Assembly (NCBI GenBank): GCA_964474995.1
Contig: CAYYUY010000006.1
Coordinates: 1-58,443, forward strand
From: an uncultured Candidatus Saccharibacteria bacterium
Lineage (GTDB): Bacteria > Patescibacteriota > Saccharimonadia > Saccharimonadales > JALRHH01
Direction of reading: 5' to 3'
DNA: 58,443 nt
Under the pieces are notes generated by a model. That model was not told the DNA's origin, made no database searches, and was given only the letters and a program-made list of their open reading frames with translations. The translations under genes were made by a program, and so were the position numbers. Shown one piece after another: positions 50,822-58,443 of this stretch (positions within the stretch are counted from its first letter, which is position 1; each line of letters begins with the position of its first letter).

Positions 50822-52342
50822 ATGAATGATGTTTTGGCTCAGAAGCTAAAGGAGCTCCCCAAAGAACCAGGCGTGTATTTTCACAAGGATGCTGCCGGGC
50901 ATATTATCTATGTCGGTAAAGCCGCGGTACTAAATAACCGTGTACGTCAGTATTTCCAGAAGTCACGTACACGGGACCCAAAGACCGATGCGTTGGTGGC
51001 TGAGATCGCCGACACGGACTGGATGGTGGTCGAGAGCGAGCTAGAGGCTCTATTCCTTGAGGCGGAAATGATACGTCGTTACATGCCTCGGTATAATATT
51101 TTGCTTCGTGACGATAAGTCAATGAGCTATGTGCGGATTGATTATGATGCTGACCACCCGACGGTCACTACAACACGGCGGCCGCTTGATGATGGCGCCC
51201 GCTATTTTGGTCCATACCTGAGTACGGCTGGCGTACGAACGGCCCTCAAGTATCTACGGCGTATCTTCCCATACTCTGTGAGCCGTATGCCTAGCCAAAA
51301 ACGTGCCACGTTGTATTACCATCTCGGCCTTGACCCTGGGCTTGAAGAGGGTAGAACAAGCTTGGAAGATTACCGTGCAAATTTGCGTAAGCTTATCGCC
51401 GTCATTGAAGGCAAGCGGACCAGTATTCTCAGAGATTTGGAGCGTGAAATGAAACAATTTGCGAAATTGTCGCAATTTGAAGAAGCAGCTCAACGACGCA
51501 ATCAAGTAATGGCGCTGCAGAATCTTGGCAAACAAATTATCTTTAGCGATAAAGAGTTTATGGATATCAGTAAAGATCATGCGTTGACTGAACTCGTCGA
51601 TCTGTTGCAATTAAAAGAATATCCGCGACGTATTGAAGGGTATGACATCTCTCATATGCAAGGTACCGATGTAGTGGCCAGTATGGTGGTGTTTACGAAT
51701 GGAGTCAGCAACAAGGGCGAATATCGTAAGTTCAAGACCAAGCTCGATCACAACAACGATTTTTATAATATGAATGAAACTATCAAACGACGTTTGTCCG
51801 AGCAAAACCTCAAAAAGTGGGGCAAACCAAGTTTGATGCTCATTGACGGCGGCAAGGGCCAGCTGGATGCAGCGCTCAAAGCTCGCGATGAGCTTGGCCA
51901 GCAATCAATACCGTTCATTGGACTCGCCAAGCGCGAAGAGCAGGTAGTGGTGGAACTACACCGCTCGGGAGTGATTGTTGATACACAAATACTGCATAAA
52001 ATGGACGGTTATAGTACCGAGACGGAAGATTTTGTACTACTGAACTTGCCGCACACTACCAACCTCGTGAAGTTATTACAGCGTATTCGCGATGAATCAC
52101 ACCGTTTTGCCGTGAGCTATCATTCAGTCTTGAAGATGAAACGACAGACGGCAAGTATGCTTGATGACGTGCCAACTATTGGCCCGGCGACACGCAAAAA
52201 ACTGCTCAAGACTTATGGAAGCGTTCGTGGGATTGCAGCCGCCAGTGAAGCCCAGCTTGCTGAGACAGTTGGTGCCAAGAAAGCAGCTTTACTCAAAAAA
52301 TACGTAGTACTTGATGGTCCGGCCCCACACACTGCCGCGTGA
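50822..52342 (+). CDS. uvrC: Excinuclease ABC subunit C (short form)
   Basis: GIY-YIG (GVYFHKD...IIYVGKA), UvrBC motif region, RNase H-like endonuclease domain and C-terminal HhH. The ATG at 50822 is preferred over the TTG at 50801. Confidence 0.88.
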   Translation: MNDVLAQKLKELPKEPGVYFHKDAAGHIIYVGKAAVLNNRVRQYFQKSRTRDPKTDALVAEIADTDWMVVESELEALFLEAEMIRRYMPRYNILLRDDKSMSYVRIDYDADHPTVTTTRRPLDDGARYFGPYLSTAGVRTALKYLRRIFPYSVSRMPSQKRATLYYHLGLDPGLEEGRTSLEDYRANLRKLIAVIEGKRTSILRDLEREMKQFAKLSQFEEAAQRRNQVMALQNLGKQIIFSDKEFMDISKDHALTELVDLLQLKEYPRRIEGYDISHMQGTDVVASMVVFTNGVSNKGEYRKFKTKLDHNNDFYNMNETIKRRLSEQNLKKWGKPSLMLIDGGKGQLDAALKARDELGQQSIPFIGLAKREEQVVVELHRSGVIVDTQILHKMDGYSTETEDFVLLNLPHTTNLVKLLQRIRDESHRFAVSYHSVLKMKRQTASMLDDVPTIGPATRKKLLKTYGSVRGIAAASEAQLAETVGAKKAALLKKYVVLDGPAPHTAA

Positions 52343-52375
52343 ACATATTTTGGGGTGCTATACTAATAGGCTGTA

Positions 52376-53605
52376 ATGAGTAACAACTTGTTTGATGCAT
52401 CCTTCTTTAAGGGAAATCGTGAACGGCTACGGAGCCTTTTTACTGGTACCGCGCCGATTGTGTTGACTGCCAATGGTCTACTGCAGCGCAATAGCGACTC
52501 AACCTTTCCGTTTCGCCAAGATAGCAATTTTTGGTATTTGACTGGTCTCGAAGATCCAGATCTTATTTTGGTGATAGATAAACACAAAGAGTACTTGATT
52601 GTTCCTGGTCGCAGTGACAGCCGTGAGGCGTTTGATGGTCAGCTTGATGTCGAAGCGTTTCGGGAATGCTCGGGCATTGAAGATATTCTAGACGAAAAGA
52701 CTGGCTGGAAGCAGCTCGATTCAAGGCTCAAAAAAGTGCATCACGTGGCGGTGCTCGCAGCGCCAACAGAGTATGTTGAAACTCATGGTATGTACACCAA
52801 TCCATCACGCCGGCGACTAGCTACGCGGATACAGAAAAGTAACGATAGCCTCGAGTTACTTGATCTCAGGCCGCACCTGACACGGATGCGTAGCATCAAG
52901 CAACCGCAAGAGCTGGCCGCAATCAAAACCGCAATTCAAGTCACTGCAACCACGCTCAAGAAATTGCACCGAAAAGGATTTGATAAGTTTGATTATGAGT
53001 ATGAAGTCGAAGCGGCTATTTCTGCGGGTTTTCGGAAATCCAATGCGCAGCACGCATATGCGCCAATCGTGGCTGCTGGCGCCAACGCATGTACACTACA
53101 CTACGTTACGAATAATGCAGCTATGACTACAGGTGATTTGGTACTGCTTGATGTTGGCGCTGAAATCTCAAACTATGCTGCTGATATCACGCGTACCTAT
53201 GCAGCCTCCGAGCCAACAAAACGTCAGCTGCAAGTATGGGAAGCGGTCATTGATGTGCAGAAATATGCCACTGAACTGCTAAAACCTGGTGTGATCATGC
53301 ACGATTATGAGAAGCAAATAGAACATTATATGGGTGAGAAGCTACGAGAACTCGGGCTTATCAAGGTGATAGAGCACGACGCGGTGAGGACGTATTATCC
53401 ACATGCAACTTCACACTTCCTCGGCCTTGATGTACATGACATTGGTGATTATGACCGACCGCTTGAGGCTGGTATGGTGCTAACAGTTGAGCCTGGTATC
53501 TACATCCCAGAAGAGGGGATTGGTATTCGTATAGAGGATGATATTCTCATCACCGAGCAGGGAGCCGAAGTGCTATCAGCGGGGCTACCAAGGGAGCTAT
53601 ACTAG
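52376..53605 (+). CDS. Xaa-Pro aminopeptidase (M24B)
   Basis: Metal ligand blocks DVGAEISNYAADITR, HATSHFLGLDVHD and EPGIYIPE...GIRIED. Confidence 0.85.
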   Translation: MSNNLFDASFFKGNRERLRSLFTGTAPIVLTANGLLQRNSDSTFPFRQDSNFWYLTGLEDPDLILVIDKHKEYLIVPGRSDSREAFDGQLDVEAFRECSGIEDILDEKTGWKQLDSRLKKVHHVAVLAAPTEYVETHGMYTNPSRRRLATRIQKSNDSLELLDLRPHLTRMRSIKQPQELAAIKTAIQVTATTLKKLHRKGFDKFDYEYEVEAAISAGFRKSNAQHAYAPIVAAGANACTLHYVTNNAAMTTGDLVLLDVGAEISNYAADITRTYAASEPTKRQLQVWEAVIDVQKYATELLKPGVIMHDYEKQIEHYMGEKLRELGLIKVIEHDAVRTYYPHATSHFLGLDVHDIGDYDRPLEAGMVLTVEPGIYIPEEGIGIRIEDDILITEQGAEVLSAGLPRELY

Positions 53606-53656
53606 GTATGATAGTTGTTTTCGACACTCAGATTAATGTAAGGTAAGCTTTAAGTA

Positions 53657-54022
53657 ATGAAATATGGTCCAATTGCACGTTTTTTGATTCGCTGGTTCGT
53701 TTGTGGACTTGGCCTCTGGGTTGCCGCCGGCCTACTTGGTGACAGCGTTAGCTACAATAGCCGTATTGGTGTGATTGTTATTGCTGGTTTGATACTGGCA
53801 ATCGTTAACGGCGTTATCAAGCCAATTGTGATCATATTGTCGCTACCAGCCCTGTTATTTAGCCTTGGCTTGTTCATGATTGTGATCAATGGACTCATGA
53901 TTGTATTGGCCAGTAAGCTCTATCCAGCACTTCATGTGACCAATTTTGGCGCTGCAATGCTTGCCGGTATGATCATTGGCTTGGTAAACTATCTAGTAAC
54001 GACCATTTTGGAGGATCGATGA
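53657..54022 (+). CDS. Four-TM membrane protein of the DUF360 / phage holin superfamily IV type
   Basis: 121 aa with GVIKPIVIILSLPALLFSLGLFMIVINGLM. Confidence 0.7.
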   Translation: MKYGPIARFLIRWFVCGLGLWVAAGLLGDSVSYNSRIGVIVIAGLILAIVNGVIKPIVIILSLPALLFSLGLFMIVINGLMIVLASKLYPALHVTNFGAAMLAGMIIGLVNYLVTTILEDR

Positions 54023-54231
54023 GCATCTATAACTACATTACTATTGGATCAATGTTACTGCTGACACTACTTGTCTTGGTACAAACCCGTGGCGCAAGCC
54101 TTGGTGCTGGACTTGGTGGTGGCGGTGAAGTAAACACAGTACGTCGCGGTTCGGACAAGACACTGCACCAAATAACAATTATTGTTGCCTTTGTGTTCGT
54201 AGCATCGATTGCAATTGGCATTGTTGCCTAG
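54019..54231 (+). CDS. secG: Preprotein translocase subunit SecG
   Basis: 70 aa, two TM helices flanking a Gly-rich loop (GASLGAGLGGGGE). Confidence 0.75.
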   Translation: MSIYNYITIGSMLLLTLLVLVQTRGASLGAGLGGGGEVNTVRRGSDKTLHQITIIVAFVFVASIAIGIVA

Positions 54232-54246
54232 GTACCGAAAGACTAC

Positions 54247-56028
54247 ATGATAAGCAGAACCACTCGCCTTCGGTGGCGGCGAAAGGTCAGACAGCGGAAA
54301 CGACAGGTCGAAGATCTGGGTATTCAGGCTGAAGAGACACTTGAGCAGCATTTCTTTAAACGGCTCAGCCGGTTAACTGAGGTTCGCCGGTTCGTTTTTG
54401 GTTGGATACTGCTGTTTGCGCTACTTATCGGCGGCGTGATTTACCAATTTACCACTATGAGCCAGTACTATCAGACGCTCCGTCCTGTCCCTGGAGGGAT
54501 CTTTACTGAGGGCGTTGTCGGTGCATTTACCGACGCAAACCCGTTGTATGCCACTGGTCCAGTCGATGGTGCGGTGTCACGGCTCATATTTGCTGGGCTG
54601 CTAAAATATGACCAATCAAACAAGTTGGTTGGTGATTTAGCACAAAGCTGGACGCTGGATGACAAGAGCACAACGTATACCGTCACACTCCGTCCTAATC
54701 TTGTTTGGCAAGATGGACAGCCACTTACCGCACAAGACGTAGTATTTACTTATGAGACGATTCAAAATCCCGATGCCAAATCCCCGCTATTTGCGAGCTG
54801 GCAGGGTATCAAGGTCGTCGCCACGGATGATCGGACGATCACCTTTACGCTACCAAACGTATTAGCGTCGTTCCCGTACTCGCTGACGAATGGCCTGATA
54901 CCAAAGCATTTGCTAGCCTCTACGCCTGTTTCACAGCTTCGTGCGTCACGATTTAACACAGTCTTCCCAGTGGGTGCAGGTCCGTTCTCGTGGGATCAGA
55001 TAGAGATCTCGGGTGATACGCCGGAAACCCGAGAGGGCACAATCGCACTCGTACCAAATAGTCACTATCATGACGGTGTCCCGAGGCTGCAGCGCTTTGT
55101 CATTCGTTCGTTCCTCGACGAATCTCGTATGATTCAGAGCTTTGACCGACACGAGTTAACAGCTATGAGTGGCCTTGAAGCCTTACCAGATACATTTGCT
55201 AAGGATACATCGGTTCACGAACATAGCGTGCCGATAGCTGGTGAAGTGATGGTCTTTTTCAAGACGTCACAAGCTCCACTTGACGATGCAAAAGTTCGCC
55301 AAGCGCTCGTGCAATCGGTGAATCAAGCAGCCTTGATCAAGGGGCTTGGGTACCCTGTTGTGGCAGCCAAAGAACCACTTCTGTCGATTCATATTGGTTT
55401 TGACAAAACGGCCGCTGAGTTACCATTTGATATCACAGCCGCCAACAAATCACTTGATGATGACGGCTGGGTTAAGGATAAGGATGGTGTGAGGGTCAAG
55501 AACGGTAAGATCTTGCAATTTGGCCTTAGCTCTCAGAGCGGCAGTGAGTATGCGTATGTTACCCAGCGTTTACAGGCTGCGTGGGCTGCAATTGGCGTAA
55601 AGGTGAGTGTACAACTCCAATCAGATGAAGATCTGCAGGCAACAGTTGCTACGCACTCGTATGATGCATTACTCTATGGAATCTCAATTGGTCCAGACCC
55701 AGACGTGTTCGCATACTGGCACAGTTCACAGGCTGATCTCCGTGCTGCTAATCGCGTAAACTTTTCTGAATATAAATCAGCTGTTGCAGACAAGGCACTT
55801 GAGGCAGGACGCACTCGTACTGATCCAATGCTTCGAGCAGTCAAGTACAAGCCATTCCTTGATGCATGGCGTGCCGATGCACCCGCACTGGCTCTATATG
55901 AACCACGCTACTTATATGTGACACGTGGCATCCTAGCTGGTTTTGATCCACTGACTATTAATACAGTCGACGATCGTTATAACAATGTCCAGAATTGGAT
56001 GATTCGCCAGGCAAGAGTCTCAAATTAG
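54247..56028 (+). CDS. ABC transporter substrate-binding protein, family 5 (peptide/nickel type), TM-anchored
   Basis: N-terminal basic region plus TM. Typical SBP5 blocks (LVWQDGQPLTAQDVVFTYE, YDALLYG). No permease or ATPase genes adjacent. Confidence 0.8.
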   Translation: MISRTTRLRWRRKVRQRKRQVEDLGIQAEETLEQHFFKRLSRLTEVRRFVFGWILLFALLIGGVIYQFTTMSQYYQTLRPVPGGIFTEGVVGAFTDANPLYATGPVDGAVSRLIFAGLLKYDQSNKLVGDLAQSWTLDDKSTTYTVTLRPNLVWQDGQPLTAQDVVFTYETIQNPDAKSPLFASWQGIKVVATDDRTITFTLPNVLASFPYSLTNGLIPKHLLASTPVSQLRASRFNTVFPVGAGPFSWDQIEISGDTPETREGTIALVPNSHYHDGVPRLQRFVIRSFLDESRMIQSFDRHELTAMSGLEALPDTFAKDTSVHEHSVPIAGEVMVFFKTSQAPLDDAKVRQALVQSVNQAALIKGLGYPVVAAKEPLLSIHIGFDKTAAELPFDITAANKSLDDDGWVKDKDGVRVKNGKILQFGLSSQSGSEYAYVTQRLQAAWAAIGVKVSVQLQSDEDLQATVATHSYDALLYGISIGPDPDVFAYWHSSQADLRAANRVNFSEYKSAVADKALEAGRTRTDPMLRAVKYKPFLDAWRADAPALALYEPRYLYVTRGILAGFDPLTINTVDDRYNNVQNWMIRQARVSN

Positions 56029-56084
56029 CCCACTTCCTGTTTTATCTCTAAAGTGATACGATATTTTAGTTCAAATGGTGATAC

Positions 56085-56170
56085 GCGCGAGTGGCGGAAT
56101 GGTAGACGCGCTGGCTTCAGGTGCCAGTGTCCGCAAGGACGTGGAGGTTCAAGTCCTCTCTCGCGTACCA
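56085..56170 (+). tRNA. tRNA-Leu (anticodon CAG), CCA encoded
   Basis: Cloverleaf read by eye: acceptor GCGCGAG, D-arm GGCGGAATGGTAGACGC, anticodon loop TTCAGGT, long variable arm, T-arm GGAGGTTCAAGTCCTCT. Pair 1:72 is G:T. Confidence 0.9.
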
Positions 56171-56205
56171 AATAAAGAAGGTTCCACGGGGCCTTTTTTA
56201 TTTGG
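56168..56205 (+). terminator. Hairpin and T-run after tRNA-Leu
   Basis: CCAAATAAAGAAGG / CCTTTTTTATTTGG 14-bp stem (one G:U). AT-rich, so function is uncertain. Confidence 0.4.
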
Positions 56206-56317
56206 TTTAGCGCTCGGTGCAATTTCATCTGTAGCGCGTGTCATACCAAGCAATTTTTGTGCTATCATATCCCCTAGACCACGCTAATGCTTTTGTAATC
56301 AGGAACAGACCACATCG

Positions 56318-57955
56318 ATGAATAAAGTCGCACATTATCTGCAAGAACACCTTATGGGCGAAGTCATGACTGGAATAGACGCTCGTCGCTATTTCTCGAC
56401 TGATGGTAGCATCTTTAGTATCCCGCCAGCGATGGTGGTATACCCTCGTAATGAAAATGATGTCCGCAAAACTGCTCGGTTTTGTTGGCAGCTCGCTGAA
56501 CGCGGCCGTGTCATTCCGATAACTGCTCGTGGTGCTGGTACTGATCAGAGTGGTGCCGCAATCGGTACCGGTGTAATAATGGTATTTCCTGCGCACATGA
56601 ACCGCATCCTTGAGCTTGATGGAAAAACAGGTGATGTGACGATTGAACCAGGCATCAACTATGGCAAGCTGCAACAGGCGCTTTATACGCATAATCGTTT
56701 CTTGCCACCGTTCCCGGCTTCTCTTGAGTACAGTACAGTCGGTGGGGCGATAGCCAACAATGCCGCTGGCGAGAAGACGATTAAGTACGGGGCGACCCGC
56801 GATTTCGTAAAGAGTCTGCGTATTGTACTCGCCAACGGGGAAATCATTGAAACACATCGCTTGTCTAAGCGTGAACTAAGCAAAAAGCTTGGCCTGGCAA
56901 CCTTTGAGGGAGAAGTTTATCGGAGTCTCGATACGCTCATAGAAGAGAGCAATGATCTGATAAAATCCGCCAATCTTGATGTTACCAAAAACTCTGCTGG
57001 CTATGCACTCGGTGACGTGAAGCGCAAAGATGGCTCGTTTGATCTGACACCACTCCTGGTTGGCTCACAAGGTACACTTGGTATTGTCACAGAGGCAATT
57101 CTCGAGACAGAAGCACACAATCCGAACAGTACACTGATTGCGGCATTTGTTGATAGTATCCAACTTGCCGAAGAGGTGGTCCAAGAACTCCGCAAACTAC
57201 CCGAAGTGCCATCGGCGATTGAGATGGTTGACGATCACTTGCTGAACTTTGTACAAGACCACAATCCTAATCAACTCAAAGGTGTCATAGATAGTCCATT
57301 CCCAAAGATAGTATTGCTCATTGAATTTGACACACCATCTGAACGGACACAGAAGCGTCTTGTCAAAAAGACCACCAAAATGCTAGGTAAACTCGAGATT
57401 CCGTACCAAATCGAATCTGACCAAGCCAAGAAGGATGAACTTTGGAAGATTCGCCATGCTGCCGCATCGATATTGGCCCATTCTGAAGGTTCTGCAAAAC
57501 CACTTCCGATCATAGAAGACGGCGTAGTACCAGTTGGCCGATTTAGTGAATATCTCGAAAAAGTGTACGAATTATTCAAGAAATATAATCTTCAAGTTGC
57601 AGTGTGGGGACACGCTGGTAACGCCAATTTACACATGCAGCCGTTTCTGGACTTGAGCCAACTTGGTGATCGCCAAAAGGTCTTCCGGTTGATTGACGAA
57701 TACTACGATATGGTCATTGCCATGGGTGGTACAACGACCGGTGAGCATAATGACGGGCGCATGCGCGGTCCATTTCTCGAGAAATTATATGGCCCTGATA
57801 TCTATGAGCTCTTCACAAAGGTCAAGCAGATATTTGACCCATACGGCACGCTGAACACTGGTGTGAAAGTCAACGTACAGATTGATGACATCAAGCCATT
57901 AGTACGTCAAGAATATAATCTTTCTCACTTCTATCAACATATGCCGCGGAGCTAG
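56318..57955 (+). CDS. FAD-binding oxidase (GlcD / D-lactate dehydrogenase-like, PCMH type)
   Basis: FAD-binding N-domain (VVYPRNENDV...ARGAGTDQSG) and C-terminal HAGNANLH / GEHNDGR blocks. Confidence 0.85.
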   Translation: MNKVAHYLQEHLMGEVMTGIDARRYFSTDGSIFSIPPAMVVYPRNENDVRKTARFCWQLAERGRVIPITARGAGTDQSGAAIGTGVIMVFPAHMNRILELDGKTGDVTIEPGINYGKLQQALYTHNRFLPPFPASLEYSTVGGAIANNAAGEKTIKYGATRDFVKSLRIVLANGEIIETHRLSKRELSKKLGLATFEGEVYRSLDTLIEESNDLIKSANLDVTKNSAGYALGDVKRKDGSFDLTPLLVGSQGTLGIVTEAILETEAHNPNSTLIAAFVDSIQLAEEVVQELRKLPEVPSAIEMVDDHLLNFVQDHNPNQLKGVIDSPFPKIVLLIEFDTPSERTQKRLVKKTTKMLGKLEIPYQIESDQAKKDELWKIRHAAASILAHSEGSAKPLPIIEDGVVPVGRFSEYLEKVYELFKKYNLQVAVWGHAGNANLHMQPFLDLSQLGDRQKVFRLIDEYYDMVIAMGGTTTGEHNDGRMRGPFLEKLYGPDIYELFTKVKQIFDPYGTLNTGVKVNVQIDDIKPLVRQEYNLSHFYQHMPRS

Positions 57956-58245
57956 TGGTGACTCAGGATTTAAGCTACAACATAGTTGGTTCAGTTGGCG
58001 CTTTCTTGATTCTACTTGGATTTTATCGCACTAGCATTGGCAAGTGGAAAAATCGTTCAGTTGTCTATGAACTTGATAATCTCGTTGGTGCGATTCTTCT
58101 CGTGGTGTACCAGTTCCATTACCACGCATTTATAAGCGTTGTAGTGAATGTTATATGGGCTGTCGTGGCATTTATAGGCCTGACGTCATTTACGCAGCGC
58201 TATAGGTGGGGTGGTTTTGGTAAAAAACCTCGGCGTAAAGCTTGA
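57955..58245 (+). CDS. Small 3-TM membrane protein
   Basis: 96 aa. GTG start shares one base with the preceding TAG stop. Confidence 0.6.
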   Translation: MVTQDLSYNIVGSVGAFLILLGFYRTSIGKWKNRSVVYELDNLVGAILLVVYQFHYHAFISVVVNVIWAVVAFIGLTSFTQRYRWGGFGKKPRRKA

Positions 58246-58290
58246 GTTTTCTCTGTAAAATGCTACTATAGCAGGGTTCCTTAAATATAT

Positions 58291-58375
58291 GCGCGAGTGG
58301 TGAAATTGGTATACACGCTACCTTGAGGTGGTAGTGCCGCAAGGTGTGGAGGTTCAAGTCCTCTCTCGCGCACCA
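58291..58375 (+). tRNA. tRNA-Leu (anticodon GAG), CCA encoded
   Basis: Acceptor GCGCGAG/CTCGCGC, anticodon loop TTGAGGT, long variable arm. T-arm identical to the Leu-CAG gene. Confidence 0.9.
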
Positions 58376-58382
58376 AAGTTCC

Positions 58383-58443
58383 GGGTGATTAGCTCAGTTG
58401 GCTAGAGCACCTCGTTTACACCGAGGGGGTCGGGGGTTCGAGC
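58383..58443 (+). tRNA. tRNA-Val (anticodon TAC), 3' end cut by the window edge
   Basis: GGGTGATTAGCTCAGTTGGCTAGAGCACCTCGTTTACACCGAGGGGGTCGGGGGTTCGAGC closely follows the bacterial tRNA-Val(UAC) pattern. Confidence 0.88.

Noticed and set aside
56025-56857. ORFs 56025-56228 (-), 56075-56287 (+) and 56225-56857 (-)
   Set aside because: The first two overlap tRNA-Leu and its terminator. The third is antisense to the FAD-oxidase gene.

Overview
Gene-dense bacterial window of about 58 CDS, nearly all on the + strand and mostly housekeeping. Gene content suggests a reduced-genome Patescibacteria/CPR organism, probably Saccharibacteria: shortened AlaRS, UvrC and epsilon, many anchored surface proteins, no biosynthetic operons. 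That lineage call is inference only. The window opens inside a tmRNA gene whose 3' end is duplicated 177 nt downstream. It ends in a tRNA cluster: Leu-CAG, Leu-GAG and a partial Val-TAC. Recognisable genes include metG, tatD, a cysteine desulfurase, mnmA, alaS, ftsA, ruvX, mltG, obg, sbcB, uvrA, uvrC, rplY, trhO, secG, a GH37 trehalase, a DEAD-box helicase and a LysM-CHAP hydrolase. Two adjacent loci stand out. (1) At 13992-20124 a tightly coupled F-type ATPase operon encodes b, delta, alpha, gamma, beta and epsilon but no a-subunit and no canonical c-subunit. Its first gene encodes a signal peptide, a roughly 200-aa ectodomain and a c-subunit-like hairpin with an RNP loop and no membrane carboxylate. 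(2) At 20306-27995 lies a surface-structure locus. It holds four paralogous secreted pilin-like proteins ending in G-x-Y...F-COOH, two of them tandem mosaic copies. It also holds a DUF916/PapD-like anchored protein, a PKD-domain anchored protein and an anchored beta-helix protein. I could not assign either locus to a described system.
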